Positions 31,208 to 47,797 of a stretch of DNA of 64,000 nt are shown here, piece by piece. The stretch covers positions 62,001-126,000 of the forward strand of contig NIVC01000048.1 in assembly GCA_002269645.1 (NCBI GenBank), in the 5' to 3' direction. Every line of letters begins with the position of its first letter. The stretch's first letter is position 1. The position numbers and the translations under genes are program-made. Below the pieces are notes generated by a model. That model worked only from the letters and a program-made list of their open reading frames with translations. It did not search any database and was not told the DNA's origin. The DNA comes from Macrostomum lignano (Eukaryota).

Positions 31208-34200
31208 TCAGTCAGTTTCAGCCGCTCTGACGTCTCGGTTCCCTACGGCCGCATCCGAGTGCTCAGTAGTTTGCGTCTTCTGTCGTCGGCGTCTCTTTTT
31301 CTGTTTCTTCTCAAGCAGCTCTGTGATGCCTTTAATCTGGTCTTGTATGCCTTTTATGCTCGATTCCATGGAAATTATCTTTTCCAGTGTCGCGTTGGTG
31401 TCAGACTGCTGTCTCTGCACTTGAGGTCGACCGCTCAGGTCTTCCCGGCTAGATTGAGCTGTCAGATTTCTTTCCGGCCTGATGTCATCTTGGGCGTCGT
31501 GACGTTTTAGCGGCGGTCGGCGGCTCGATCCGTCACCACTGCAAGCGATGTCGGCCAGCTTGTTGTCGAGGCCCTCCTCCAGCGACTTCAGTTCCTTCCG
31601 GCTCCAGTCCGGGTCGGTCAGCAGTTTCGGTCGGATCCGGCGGAACTGCATGGCTTGAAAGCGGAGAAACCTAAGGTAGCGCTCTGGGTAGTTCTTAGGG
31701 GTGAGCCACCATTTCTAAAAAAGGAAATTGTCGTAACGAGACAGTGAAAAAATGATATAAATACCGACACAAGTGACAAGTTTATAATGGGTTAACTGGG
31801 ATGTGGTAGTAGATAGATACACGCACCTTATTGTTGTTCTCGTCTTCAGCTCCGTGAGGGCTGATTTTGGTTTGGCAGCAAAAGCAGTCGCTGAGCATCT
31901 TATAGATGTAGTAGAGGCAGGACAGAGGAGGCGGCACGGGACTGAGGCTCTCGTACTCTCGTAGCATAGAAAAGTAGGTCTTGCGCCAGATCCCCAAGGC
32001 TTCGTTGGCCATGCGGCTGACTCGAAGGTTGAACAGAGCAATCAGCAGGTTCAGCATAACAATGTTCACGAGCCCCATGAATAGGAACAGCATCAGATTC
32101 TCGAACACGCCGATACCCTGCACGTGAGCAGTCTTGCCGATGGTAACGTTGGTCAGCGATGGCGGGTTGAAGTCGATTTTGTCGAAATTCGTAAACAAAA
32201 TGTTAAACGGCAAAGTCATAACTTGAGTGAACGCGTCCCATCCGTACCAACTGCTGTTATATTTTTCGAAGTCGTGTCCGTACTGGTCACCGGGAAAAGC
32301 AGGTTGAAGAAGAACACTCCAAAAGCGTAAATAAACACAGAAATGATGGCCATAAACGGGGCCAGATCGTTAAACAGCAGACTCCACAGCATTGATACGA
32401 TCGGCCCGATGACTCCCGAGTAGCTGAGGAAATGCACCCAGCGAAACATCAGCAGTCCGAAGGCGATGGTGAAGACCATCTGGGAGGGGTAGGCCTCTTG
32501 CAGAGGTCGATGCAATGCCAGCAGAGCCCACTTCCAAGCCAGGCCAACTATCATCGCCAAGATCACAGTGCAGTCGAAAAAGTTGAGCACCTGTTCGCAA
32601 TAGTTCGGGCATCTGCAAATGTGTGTTTCGCCAATAAGGTAAGTTCGAATCTTCTTCCGCCTGCGCATGTCGATAATCTCCTGCATAGTGAAGCTGATGG
32701 TGAACAGGACAATCACAATGTCGGAGTACCAGCCGGATTCGAAGCTTCTCTTGAAGTCGATAACGTACCAAGTAAAGAACAAGGTGAACGCTCCAAAAGA
32801 TGCGCAATGGAGCCAAAATTTTGATAGCGGAGAGAACGAACGGTACAGACAACTTCGAGAATTACTCGCCTCTGGTCCTGATGGATTGGAATTTTGATGC
32901 TGCGGCTGTTGCTGCTGACTCTCCTCTCCGCAGCAGCTGGGTTCGCGTCCTTGCTCGAAGTTTTTCTGTGCCAGGTTGAAGATACAGTCGGTAGCAAACA
33001 GCTCATTGCAATTGGCCATTTCTATCATGGCAATGATGGTGCCCTGTTTTACCACGCCTTTCTCATTTCTGAAAGGAAACAACGGACCCTTGACGCCCTT
33101 CTCGTCAGAGATTCGGCCTTGAATATAGTCGAAAAGCAGCTTTCTTTCGTCGGCGTCTGCGCTAGCAAACAACTCGTCGAGAGCGTTCACAGCGATGCTC
33201 AGTATTTTCTCGTGCAGCTGCTGCAACTTTGCATGCTTGCCGCGCGCCTTGGCTCGCATCTTGAGTATTTTCGGGCCCAGCTCAACCAGCAAGCTGATGC
33301 TGGCAGGAATTAGCTCGAACTGACGAGTGAGAACCAGGTCAGGAAGAATTTCGTCCTTCTTGAAGAATGCAGCCATGTCGATGATCAGCAGCTCAGAGGA
33401 CAAATCAAACCGCTCACGGCTGCAAAATTTCTGCTGCCGAGGGAAGTGCTTGGCGGCGCTTGGTTCTTGAATCTTCTCAATGAGATATTCAAACATTGCT
33501 GCTCCAATATTTGACGTGATGATATCGATTCGCAGGGCACTGCGCAAAATTTTGACCGAGTCCAACTCGATGATCTTGAAGAGAATCTCGCTGTCACGCT
33601 TACGGCGCCAGAGCGTCTCTGATTTTGGCTGCGGAGCGGAGAAATCCTTGTTATGATCGGCGACCGAAGTCAGCAACCTTTGAGCCGTTCGTCGGTCAGG
33701 AAGCTTTATCGATCGGCGAGCTGGGTCAATCAGCAGCAGAATTTCTGCATCTGGGGATTCCACCGCTGTCAGGAGTGCATCAGAGTCTTGCGCTCCATTG
33801 TTCTCACTTGTTTCTGTTTGTTTTTTGGAGAGTTCCTCGTAGAAGTTTTTTACTGCCTTTTCAGTTGTCTCCAGAGTTCCACGATCGATCGCGAAGTCGA
33901 TGCAAGACATACCGGCCTCCGTAAACTTTTGAAGCCTGAGGCCGTTTGATAGCAGATACCTAATGTTGGCCGTTTGGCCTCCTTCGCAGGCGAAATGGAG
34001 GCAGGTTGCGTTCTTGTTGGAGCCTTTTGGCACCGTCAGTTTCAGCAGCTCTGCATCCTTCTTATCAGACAATTCTGCCAGGGGTTGGATAATTTGCTTC
34101 AAATCGTACCTACTAGCAAATGTGTGCACGACATGCAAACTGTTTGAGCTGTAAAGCAATTTAACGAAATGTTCTTTGTAGCTGTGTGTCTTAGCTGCCT

Positions 34201-35534
34201 CATGGAGAACTTCGCGCAGCATAGTAGGATGCAGCTCTGCCGCGTGGAGACAATTTTGGCCCAGCTTGTTTTCCGCTTTGAGATCGACGTGTTTGCGAAT
34301 CTCATCAAATTTTAGAAAGAAATCCGTCACTTTTTTGGATAAGTCGTCAGCTTTCACCTCGGTTCGATAGCACTTGAATAAATAATGCAGCATGGTGTTT
34401 TTAAAGGTGTCAAGTTGGTACTTTTCTCTCGTTGGAGCTTGCTTTGGCACATTGGAACCGAAGACATCAAGAGCCAGACGGAAAGGCGATTGCCATCTTT
34501 CATTCAGCCGGAAAACAATTGCCCCATCATTTTGCTTTTGGATCGCAGCCTTTAGCACTGCGTCTGTACTTTGCCTATCTTTGTTGCTCCTAGCTACCAC
34601 ATGCAGACACATGTCACCGTTGCTGTCTTTCATCTCGATAACGGCATTGTCAACCGCTTCGATTAGAACTTTGCCCGTGTCAGGATTGCAGTTGTACATG
34701 GCATAGTGTAGCACAGTTTGTTGGCTTTTGTTTTTCCAAGCCAAGCATTTATTTCCGAGCAGCTTCACAGCGTCCTCGAGAATTGAGCCTTTCTCTTTGC
34801 CTAAAGCTGCCACATGGAGACAGGTGTTACCGTTAGAATCTCCAGGTTCAAGAAGAGCACGAAGCCAATTTTTTTAATTAAATTCTTGGATAAGTGGCCG
34901 CAAAGTTTTGGCGGTGCACTTTTCCATGGCAATGTGCAACGGAGTCTGCAATAAATTGTTTTTATCGACGAGGCACGCGGGTACTGAGTTGGATTTTATT
35001 GAATTCAGAACTTTTTCGCAGAAAGCCCCAAAGGCGTTTGGATTTTTAGCTGCGCTGTGGGCGGCTGTGTTGCCATCTACGTCCTTGTGACTCAGGCAAG
35101 AAAGTTCTACACCGCTCAGTAACTGCTCAGCGGTTTCTAATCTGCAGTGCTCCAGTGCCAACTGCAATGGTGTCTCACTCCGATCATTCTCATTCATCAG
35201 GTAGTTGGAATTTGTCATGCCAACTACTTCGAGAATAACGTCGTCATTTTTTAAGATTTCGAGCAGCGTAGTGGGCGACTGTGTTGCCATCGAAATCTCG
35301 CGTTGACAAGTTCGAAGCTCTCACTGTGTGAACTCCGCTAGCCTTCCAATCCTTACGAGAGAATGTCATAGCAGAGAGCTGCAGTGGTGTGGCTCCATTA
35401 CTGTTTGCTTTGAGCAGTACTGCAGTTCCGAGTGAGCTGACTGCGTCAATAAAATGTTTTGGACCGTTTTCAGGGTCCATTGCTGCTTTTTGAAGGTCAA
35501 AGGCTGGATTGGTCATCTTCGCTTGTCTGGTCAT
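31208..35534 (-). pseudogene. Ankyrin-repeat TRP cation channel (TRPM/TRPN-like C-terminus), ~1400 aa as reconstructed, with lesions
   Basis: Ankyrin motifs (GNTVAHYAA, ETPLQLA, GNTCLHVAA, ATCLHFAC); six TM segments; GPIVSML linker; IVMLNLLIALF, TRP box IWR...EY..PVPPPL. Intron 31715-31826 (GT-AG, in frame). Frameshifts at ~35248 and ~32292; in-frame TAA at 34874. Confidence 0.85.
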
Positions 35535-35734
35535 CTTCGCTTCGCTTGTCCTGGCGGATTGAACGGATCAGCTGGTTTCGTTTGTAACCTACTGAATTAT
35601 AAAAAGCAATAATTTGTATATGATTCGTTAAAACAAAATTTAAAATAATTTCTTAAATGGTATTTAGTGCAACTTAATTACTTTTTTGCTTGGCTTGACT
35701 TGAGCAGAAATCACCCGGTAAACAGCATTCCGTA

Positions 35735-35965
35735 GACAGCAACCCATAGACAGCAGCCCGTAGACAGCACCCCGGAGACAGCACCCCGGACACAGCACTC
35801 CGTAGACAGCACCCCGGAGACAGCACCCCGGACACAGCACCCCGTAGACAGTACCTCGTAGACAGCACCCCATAGACAGCACCCCATAGACAGCACCCCA
35901 TAGACAGCACCCCATAGACAGCACCCCATAGACAGCACCCCGTAGACAGCACCCCATAGACAGCA
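35735..35965 (+). repeat. 14-bp minisatellite (AGACAGCACCCCAT)
   Basis: Visible tandem units. Confidence 0.9.
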
Positions 35966-36769
35966 CCTCGAGGAAGACTGCACTCTAAAGATGTACAGCA
36001 CTCTAAATTCAGCACTTCTAAGACAGAACTCGCTCACTGGCAACATGCAGAGCATCAGACAGCAAAGAGAACAATCTTGACCCATTTTAATCTTACCCCT
36101 TCCAAATCGAAATCTCATCTCCAACTGTAATAATCTACGTATACAAGTACAAATATTATATAACAGATCGTACATCAAAGGAGGGGGTTGTCCTACCACT
36201 TCAAAGTACATACGGTCATTGATAGGGTAGTATCGAGTATAAAAATATTGCATATCTGATCGTTTGTCTCGTGCATGTGCATTTACTACAACAACATCTA
36301 ATACTATTATTTATTGCCAAAGAAAACAATTAATAAGACTATTTCATAACTTACAGCTGGAAAGTCCTGGCAGTTGAGCTCCTTGTTTACCATAAACTCG
36401 TGAAAAAAATATTAAAAACAGAATATTCTCTGCGACAAAAACGAAACCCAATAAAACTTGCTGCTCATCTATTTTATGGAGTGCCGCGATGGTCTGCCTC
36501 AAACTGTAAGATTGGTTGGTAAAGACTCGGTCCTGCCTCTCTACAATAGAAAAACCAGCAATATGAGACCTCTGTCCACATAGCCATGGAGAAGTAGCTA
36601 GCAAATGCTAAAAATAGTTCAAACCACGTACTCAGGTCTCTCACTGGTGGCCTGATTCTTTCGAATCTGAAACTAAACTCAAACAGAGTCTAAAATTATC
36701 TATTTTTAGTAGCTAATTTATTTTGAGTCAATTGGAATTGCAAAGTGTGATAGAATTCTACTAACGCTT

Positions 36770-37485
36770 CAGACACTAAAAGTCACTGAGACGCTTCAGA
36801 CACTAAAAAACACCCCAAACGCTCAAATTCACCAAGACGCTTTAGTCATGTCTACTTTACACTAGGACTGCTCGCTCCCTAGGCCTCAGCCTTCCAAAGT
36901 CTCCGAGACGCTTCAGACACTCAAAATCTACTAGACGCTTCAGTCACTCAAGTCACTAAGACGCTTCAGTCACTCAAAATCACCAAGACGCTTCAGTCAC
37001 TCAAAATCACCGAGACGCTTCAGTCACTCAAAGTCACCAAGACGCTTCAGTCACTCAAAATCACCGAGACGCTTCAGTCACTCAAAATCACCAAGACGCT
37101 TCAGTCACTCAAGTCACTAAGACGCTGCAGTCAACTAAAGTCACCAAGACGCTTCAGTCACTCAAAATCACCGAGACGCTTCAGTCACTCAAAATCACCG
37201 AGACGCTTCAGTCACTCAAAATCACCGAGACGCTTCAGTCACTCAAAGTCACCAAGACGCTTCAGTCACTCAAAATCACCGAGACGCTTCAGTCACTCAA
37301 AATCACCGAGACGCTGCAGTCACTCAAAGTCACCAAGACGCTTCAGTCACTCAAAGTCACCAAGACGCTTCAGTCACTCAAAGTCATCAGGACGCTTCAG
37401 TCACTCAAAATCACCGAGACGCTTCAGTCACTCAAAATCACCAAGACGCTTCAGTCACTCAAAGTCACTGAGACGCTTCAGACAT
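36770..37485 (+). repeat. 27-bp minisatellite (AGACGCTTCAGTCACTCAAAATCACCG)
   Basis: Visible tandem units. Confidence 0.92.
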
Positions 37486-37794
37486 TAAAAGTCCAAGCAG
37501 CACATTTTCCATGCACATAAAACCTGTATCTGTGTAAACGTATTAGCGTACGATTCAAATAGAAGTCTATAAAGCCTTTATTTTAACAATTTTTGGCACC
37601 AAAATATGAATTACTTTAGTTTCTCGATCGTTGCATTGGTAAGAAAAATGATATAGTTTAATGTTAGCTCATAAAAAGACAACTGGTTAATTAAAAATCC
37701 TGTCAGTGAGCAAATCTGTGTGTCGATCATGCGGAAATTCTTTTTAAGACAAAGATAAAATGCAGCAGCATAAGTCGGAAAAGAGTATTCTGTT

Positions 37795-41124
<3,330 letters not shown>

Positions 41125-41844
41125 GAATCGTCACAGAGACACTTTCATCGCTCCAGAGTCGTTTCAGACTTGTTGCAGGTAACACAGGTAAAATAGGATA
41201 GAAGTGACTCTAAACAACTCTTAAGCGATGAGATTTCACGTAAAAGTCGCAAAAAAGTCGTCAAAGAATCGCATAAGAGTCACTTTGAGGTGCTTTATTG
41301 TCTGCGACTCTGAAACGACTTTGGGGGACGCAAGTGACCCCGGGGCCTTAGAGTCGTATTTGAAGCGTGCCAGAGTCTCAGTAAAAGCACTGAGTTGTGT
41401 TTGAAGCGCATTTGCGTCGTTTGAAGACTAAGAGTCAGCTCTCCAGCAAAAGTAAGTTAAGCGCCAACACAGTGACTCTTGGACGACTCTTTTAGTATTC
41501 TAAAACTCACTTGACGGGCTTGCGACACAACAGTCGCTTCTCAGTCGTTTTTGAGTTCTTAAAAAGCCCTAAGAGTCGTCCCATGGTCGCTAGTGTCACT
41601 AAAGAGCTGTTAGCCACTCTCTCTCCGACTTTACGACCGCCTGTTGCTAAATTTAGCTTCAAGTGTTAGTTCATTCCTAGTTAATTTGTCCCACTAGCAA
41701 TTGGACAATTTGGTAGCAGAGCGTGGTTAAAGACCTGCCAACCAGCCCGTCTTATAAGATTCACCACAACGATCTTCCTAGCAGAGAATGACTACGCGCA
41801 TTATCTTCATCAAAGACTCTACTCTGTGCAGATGTCTCTCGCCC

Positions 41845-42090
41845 CTCACTCAGACCTGGGCAGCAGCCGCAGCTTCCTGCTCGTCAGCAGATAGTCAACG
41901 CAGCGAACCAGCAGGATAGCAAAAATGAACACGCAGGTGCACAGAAAGGTCTCGTAGTACTTTGACCTGGGCGGCATGTTCGTCAGCTCTCGGGTGAACG
42001 GTGGGCGAGGTAGAGAGTCCACTCGGAAGTAGTTTAGGATGAACAGGTGCGGCTTCCACTGTTCTGGAAGGGGCAGGTGCAGAGCTCTGG
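41845..42090 (-). CDS. Possible terminal coding exon of an unidentified membrane-anchored protein
   Basis: Open frame ALHLPLPEQWKPHLFILNYFRVDSLPRPPFTRELTNMPPRSKYYETFLCTCVFIFAILLVRCVDYLLTSRKLRLLPRSE*; GC-rich, with a hydrophobic helix and basic tail. Confidence 0.45.
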
Positions 42091-42104
42091 TTAGGGGTTG
42101 TGTC

Positions 42105-42962
42105 TAGGAGCGATTCAATGTTGGGCGACTTTTTATACGACGATTCTCTCTGTGGTAATTCTCTCTGGAATGATTCTTTCTGAAGTGATTCTCTCTAGGG
42201 CGATTCTCTCTGGTGCGATTATTAATTATCTATGGGGCGATTCTCTCTGTGGTGATTCTCTCTGGGGCGATTCTATCTGGGGCGATTATCAATTATCTAT
42301 GGGGCGATTCTCTCTGTGGTGATTCTATCTGGGGCGATTCTATCTGGGGCGATTATCAATTATCTATGGGGTGATTCTCTCTGTGGTAGGTTCTCTGGAA
42401 TGATTCTTTCTGGGGGATTCTCTCTAGGGCGATTCTCTCTGTAGTGATTCTCTCTGGAGCGATTCTCTCTGAGGCGATTCTCTTTTGGGCGATTTTCTCT
42501 ACGGCGATTCTCTCTATGGCGATTCTCCCTAAGGGCAATATTATCAATTATTTATGGGACCATTCTCTCTGTCGTGATTCTCTCTGGGGCGATTCTCTCT
42601 GAGGCGATTCTCTCTGAGGCGATTCTTGTTTGGAGTGATTTACTCTGGGGCGATTCTCTCCGTGGCGAATTTCTCCAGGCGATTCTCTCAGGGGCGAATT
42701 TCTCTGGGGCGATTCTCTATGGGGTGATTCTCTCTGAGGCGATTCTCTTTAGGGCGATTCTCTCTAGTACGATTCTCTCAGTGGTGATTCTCTCTGGGGC
42801 GATTCTCTCTGGGGCGATTCTCTTTGGGGCGATTCTCTCTGGTGCGATTCTTGTTTGGAGTGATTTACGCTGGGGCGATTCTCTATGGGGTGATTCTCTC
42901 TGGGGCGATTCTCGCTAGTACGATTCTCTTAGTGGTGATTCTCTCTGACGCGATTCTCTCTG
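42105..42962 (+). repeat. 15-bp minisatellite (GGGGCGATTCTCTCT)
   Basis: Visible tandem units sharing the GATTCTC core with the 16-bp array. Confidence 0.9.
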
Positions 42963-44239
42963 TAACAAATTAAATCAAACTTAAAAAATGCAACTCACTT
43001 TTCACCGCATCGATCAGATCCTGGTCAGTAGCCAGCCTTGAGCCAATCTGCAGTTGCTGATGCCGCTTATCATGCAGCATCAGCGCTTGCCGCAGTTCTG
43101 GCGGCAGGTTCTGCTGAATAACTGCTGGCAGAGTTGGCATCGCACCTTAAAATTGGCTGTCAGACAGTTTCTGAGATATTCTCGTAGCAACCATGGAGCA
43201 GTGTGTGGTTATTTATGAGCTCTCCGTCTCTCTCGTGAGAGTTTTGTGTGGAGCTGAAAACGCACACAATATTCACGCACGCCCCCTTCTCCCTTCCTCT
43301 CCTTTCGCCTCTTTCTCTTGCTTGAGCAGCCCTGAGTAATACACAATAGCTACGGCTGAAATGGCTTCTCAGACCCTACAGGCAACTGCAAACCACCTCA
43401 CTTGGCAAAGTGTACACTGCCGTCGCAATGCAATAGGGAGTGCATGTGGCTTATAATACAGGTATGAAATGAATGAATGCTAGCTAGCTGTGTTCTTCAG
43501 TGTACACCAGGGGGGGGACAAGATTGCTGTACAATAGCTAAGTACATTTGTATATACGGCTCTTTGCATGAAGCGTGTTGAAGTGAATAAACACATAAAC
43601 GGTATTTGCGCAGGTGAATCAGTTAAATTACATTACAAGCAGGTAGATAGCTAAATAAATATTGGATAAACCAATTTACTGCGCTTTCTATTTGTTTTAG
43701 ACAATGTGTTCGATTTTAATTGTTAAGATCTGGCATTATTCAACCGCTTAAATTTTTCCAGGCCTTATTAAAAGCTTTCGGACGCAAATTAATACACTGT
43801 ACACTATTGTTACACTCGTGAATGTAAAAATTATCCATCGTAAATTATTTTGATTGGTTTTGCTCCAATATATGAAAAATGAAACAATGAATCATAAGTG
43901 TCAAGAAACTTTGATGAAAACTTTTTATGAATCAGAGTATAGTAGAGGAATAACTGATGTCAAATATATTTAAATAGCTTATCCACATATTTTTAAAAAG
44001 AAACAGCTTTGTTTTTTAAGAGAAGGTTTGCTTGAAAATCAAAAGTAAAAGCTTCCATGGCTAATAAACTGCAGCATAGAGTTTAAACAAATGTGACTGC
44101 ATTTTTCATTGTACCTTTTTTTTCAAGTACTTACAGACGGTTATTAACAGTCACTTTAACAACGATAGAAATATGATTTTGTGTATAAATGTCTCCATGC
44201 GCGGTTCCTGTTGTCAGGCGGTCCCTGCAGCTTCTCGAA

Positions 44240-44980
44240 TCAATCAAATGGCGACGGGCACTCGCACAGAACATTGGAAACAGCACCGTACGTGCCGCCG
44301 ATATCCGTAAGACCCACTGGGTCCTGATATTTTCCAATTGCATTGTCTCCTCCGAAGTAGTTATCGGGCTGGTCAGTGGCCCAAAAAGCGGAATCAACGC
44401 TGATGTTGCAGCCGACCCAGTACCAGCCGCCGGCTGGCTCAGCACTGCCTTCTGGCTGGAGGCCTCCGAGCCAGAATTTCGAATTACTATTGGTGAAGAT
44501 CCAGTCCACGTGCCTCATCTCCTGGGCGCTGGTCACGTCGGCCATGATGACCAGACCGCTCTCTGACTCGCACTTCTGCCTGCTCGGCCACCACGTCCCG
44601 ATGCCAGAGTACAGCCTGTACTTCACTCCACACAGGTGCATGCCGTAGCCAGACGGACACAGCGCGCCCGGCTCGAGTCCTGGCCGCTGCTTGACAAACA
44701 CCCGGCCTCTCCTGGAGCAGCCGCAGCTCCTCACCGACTTGCTGCACTTGTCGAACACGAACAGCTGGCACGGACCGTCAGCCAGGCTGAACGCCTGACA
44801 GCGCAGCTTCCGGGAGCACAGAGAGGCGCAGCCAACATTGCTGACTTCGTTTGGGTAGGACTGAACAAACTCATCGTTGATGCAGAGGCTGCCGTCAATG
44901 AGGGTGTACACCTGCTGACTGGCAGCGGTGAGGCTGAGGACAAGACTTATCCAGGCCACAATGTTCGATACGCTGACCAT
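44240..44980 (-). CDS. Secreted PAN/apple + C-type lectin, copy 1 (QPD)
   Basis: Signal peptide; CASLC..KLRCQAFS....CQLF (PAN); W..SRQKC, FWLGG...EP.GGWYW, FWATDQPDN, VLCEC (C-type lectin domain); intronless. Confidence 0.88.
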   Translation of the reverse strand: MVSVSNIVAWISLVLSLTAASQQVYTLIDGSLCINDEFVQSYPNEVSNVGCASLCSRKLRCQAFSLADGPCQLFVFDKCSKSVRSCGCSRRGRVFVKQRPGLEPGALCPSGYGMHLCGVKYRLYSGIGTWWPSRQKCESESGLVIMADVTSAQEMRHVDWIFTNSNSKFWLGGLQPEGSAEPAGGWYWVGCNISVDSAFWATDQPDNYFGGDNAIGKYQDPVGLTDIGGTYGAVSNVLCECPSPFD

Positions 44981-46149
44981 TTTTGCTCGTGTAGCTGTCG
45001 GTAGCCTGCTAGGTTTTTTCTAAATTTGTCGAAGTAATAACCAGAGACGATGCAAATTGCTTAAACTTGAAAATTTCCAACAAATAACCGATTATATTTG
45101 CTTTTTCCGACCAATCGTGGGGCTAGCTCATCGGAGAATTTCTTATTGGTGGAAAATTTTAACTCCCAGATGTGATTGCCACACCATGTTGACTTAAGCC
45201 CTAGCGACCACGGGCAGATGGTGCTGCGCAAAGAGATCCGGTGGTGCTGGTGTCCGCAGCGGGTGCCCCTTCGGAGAGTCCATGAGGTGGATGGCCGCTC
45301 GCCGGCTAGCCCTTAGGTAGGTTGCTTAAGAGCTGGCAGAAACTCTCAGGCCTGAAAAGGTCCGAGTTTAGGCCCGAGGTACGCTCGTAGGTGAGCCTGG
45401 CCTGAGTAAAGGATGAACAGTCACCGATAAAGTGCTCCGCATTCTCGACACCGGAGTCTCTTGGTGGGCGCCGCTTTTGCGATTCCCCCCAAGCCTTGAC
45501 ATCTCGAAAATTTCTTCAGCAAGCTTTGACATCTTGCAGCGATTCCCCTGAGAAAGTACTCCTAAGATAGCAAGCATCCCTAGAAAGCAAGAACCGCCGC
45601 CTCTCCCAGAAAACAGTTTCCCCAGCTAGTGCAATCGCTCGTAATTCCTTTTTCGTCTAGTGAAATAATCCTTTCCTCATATGTATTGCAATCATCAATT
45701 TTTCAGCCAGTGCAATAATCCATGCCTCAGCTACTGCAATAGTCTTTTTCTCAGCTAGTAAAGAATTTAACTTATTTTATGACACTTTATGCTGTACTAT
45801 TTTATCATAAGTAAAAATGAACTACAAGGTATAGATCTTTTGCTCCAGATTTTCATAAGTCATTTTTTGGCAATTTATAATCCTACTTAGCGATCAGACT
45901 TATCTTTATCAGCATTTTTTTCATATTTTTATACACTTTACAATGCATTTTAATGTGTTTAATATGCGCTACTCAAAATAGTACGCAGTAGCGCGTGAGA
46001 AAATACAAAAATCGCAAGTCCACAGCCGGGTCCACGGTGGGTCCACGGTGGATCCACTTGGCTAGCCAGGGATCTCAAGTTGCAGTGCCAGCCGTGCATT
46101 GAGTCCGACACACAAACTCAGGTCAGGACTGAGGTCTGAGGACCTCGAC

Positions 46150-46375
46150 GGTGGCGAATCAGTGGCCATCGTGACAGCTTCATGACATCCACATGGAACG
46201 TTGGCCAGGGCGTACGTTGCGACGTCCAAGACGTGAAAAGGAGGACTGAGGCATTAAGGATGAACAAAACAAACCTGTGCAATATCAAGAAGAACAGCGC
46301 ACTACCAGAGTATTGCAAGCCTGCAAGCTTATTGTCTGGGATGAGGGTACCATGTCCCACAAATTGGCTTTGCAA
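46150..46375 (+). pseudogene. Helitron Pif1-type helicase fragment
   Basis: NLCNIKKNSAL / RVLQACKLIVWDEGTMSHKLA (motif II), frameshifted. Confidence 0.8.
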
Positions 46376-46884
46376 TTCCCTCTAACGAGTCTTGACATCG
46401 CAAAGATCCCCATAAGCCTTGAAACAACGCATTTTAGCAATATAACCACGGTGAGCCTTGAAAAATCCCACGGCAATTCCCGCATGCATACATTATGGTT
46501 GACATGGCGCTTCTTTTATCGATTCGATCCATACCTCAGTGGTCTTCGCTGAAGCATCTTCCCATATGGCGGAAATGCTATCATTTATTTCCATCAGTAA
46601 CTTATTCAATCGAGGCTGCAATGAATTCAATGAAGGAAGAGTTATCAAGGGCGCTGGAGCATTAAACGAAAAGTCGTCGGAGTTTACCCTTGGGTTGGTA
46701 CGTTGCTACTACATACTACACGGATGCAATACATTTATGAATACGAGCCAATGCAGCAAATAGTTTGGAATTCCTTCTTCCGAAAAGAAAACAGTAGTGC
46801 TTCAAAGCAGCAATTCAGGCACTGAAACGGTAAACGTACGCCTAACTTCCTTCTCTGTATGAATTTTGCTGTAGTAATGCAGAC

Positions 46885-46988
46885 TTAAGCGTCTTGCTCA
46901 AGGACACAAATTTTTTCTAGTGGGTCCAAAATCGAACTCCTGACCTTTCAGTTGTGAGTCCGACGCTCTAACTACAAGGCTAAAGCCA
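46885..46988 (-). mobile_element. tRNA-derived SINE, head only
   Basis: Reverse complement TAGCCTTGTAGTTAGAGCGTCGGAC...GGAGTTCGATT (A and B boxes) + GTGTCCTTGAGCAAGACGC. Confidence 0.75.
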
Positions 46989-47019
46989 TTAGATAAGGAG
47001 GCTTCTGCCAACTGCCAAA

Positions 47020-47320
47020 GTGGTTGTAGCTTAGTGTTGATAAAGCGTCGGACCCACGATTGAAAGGCATAGGTTCGATTCTCGACCGACTCGGAACAAT
47101 TTATGTCCTTGAGCAAGACGCTTAACTCTGCATTGCTTCAGTTCACCCAGCTGTAAAATGGGTACCAGCATTAGCTGGGGTAATTCAGGGTGTCTGTGGT
47201 GACCCCACAGTTTTTGGACGGAGAAGCCGTACGCAGCCTTCAGATGCGCCGCGCAATAGCTGCGGCTAAGCTGTCGGTTGCGAATCTGGCCCAATAGGAC
47301 AGGTGCAATCAGTTATTAAC
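47020..47320 (+). mobile_element. tRNA-derived SINE with Nin/Deu-like core
   Basis: A and B boxes, GTCCTTGAGCAAGACGCTTAAC, CACCCAGCTGTAAAATGGGTACC. Confidence 0.8.
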
Positions 47321-47629
47321 TATTTTTCTGTAGTCAACTACATGTAAAACCAATCACTCTAAACAGCTGCAACAGCAAGCAGAGCCAACTAAGCGCAGTG
47401 GTGCCTGACCCGAGTAAGCGCATTTATCATCTGGCTTAGTCTGCAAAAAAACAAATGAGACATTTGCTGTGACACTAAATGCATACGGAATTTATTAATT
47501 TTTTCATTTTACATTCGCCACGTCATACATTTTGGACAGAGCACAGAAAATCCTCTGTGTGATACATGTGGGATTTACTGTGAGACAGATTGAGACCGGT
47601 GAGTTTGCTCCAATCAGCGAAGTTTGGCT

Positions 47630-47792
47630 TCTTCGTGGTTGACATGGCGCTTCTTTCATGGTTGACATGGCGCTTCTTTTATGGTTGACATGGCGCTTCT
47701 TTCATGGTTGACATGGCGCTTCTTTCATGATTGACATGGCGCTTCTTTCTTGGTTGACATGGCGCTTCTTTCATGGTTGACATGGCGCTTCT
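47630..47792 (-). repeat. 23-bp minisatellite (reverse complement AGAAGCGCCATGTCAACCATGAA), same family as the Helitron satellites
   Basis: About seven units; core AGAAGCG.CATGT.AA shared with satellite B. Confidence 0.85.
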
Positions 47793-47797
47793 TTGTC

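Noticed and set aside
46885-47080. tRNA genes
   Set aside because: A and B boxes are present, but the heads continue into a SINE core and I could not build a cloverleaf.
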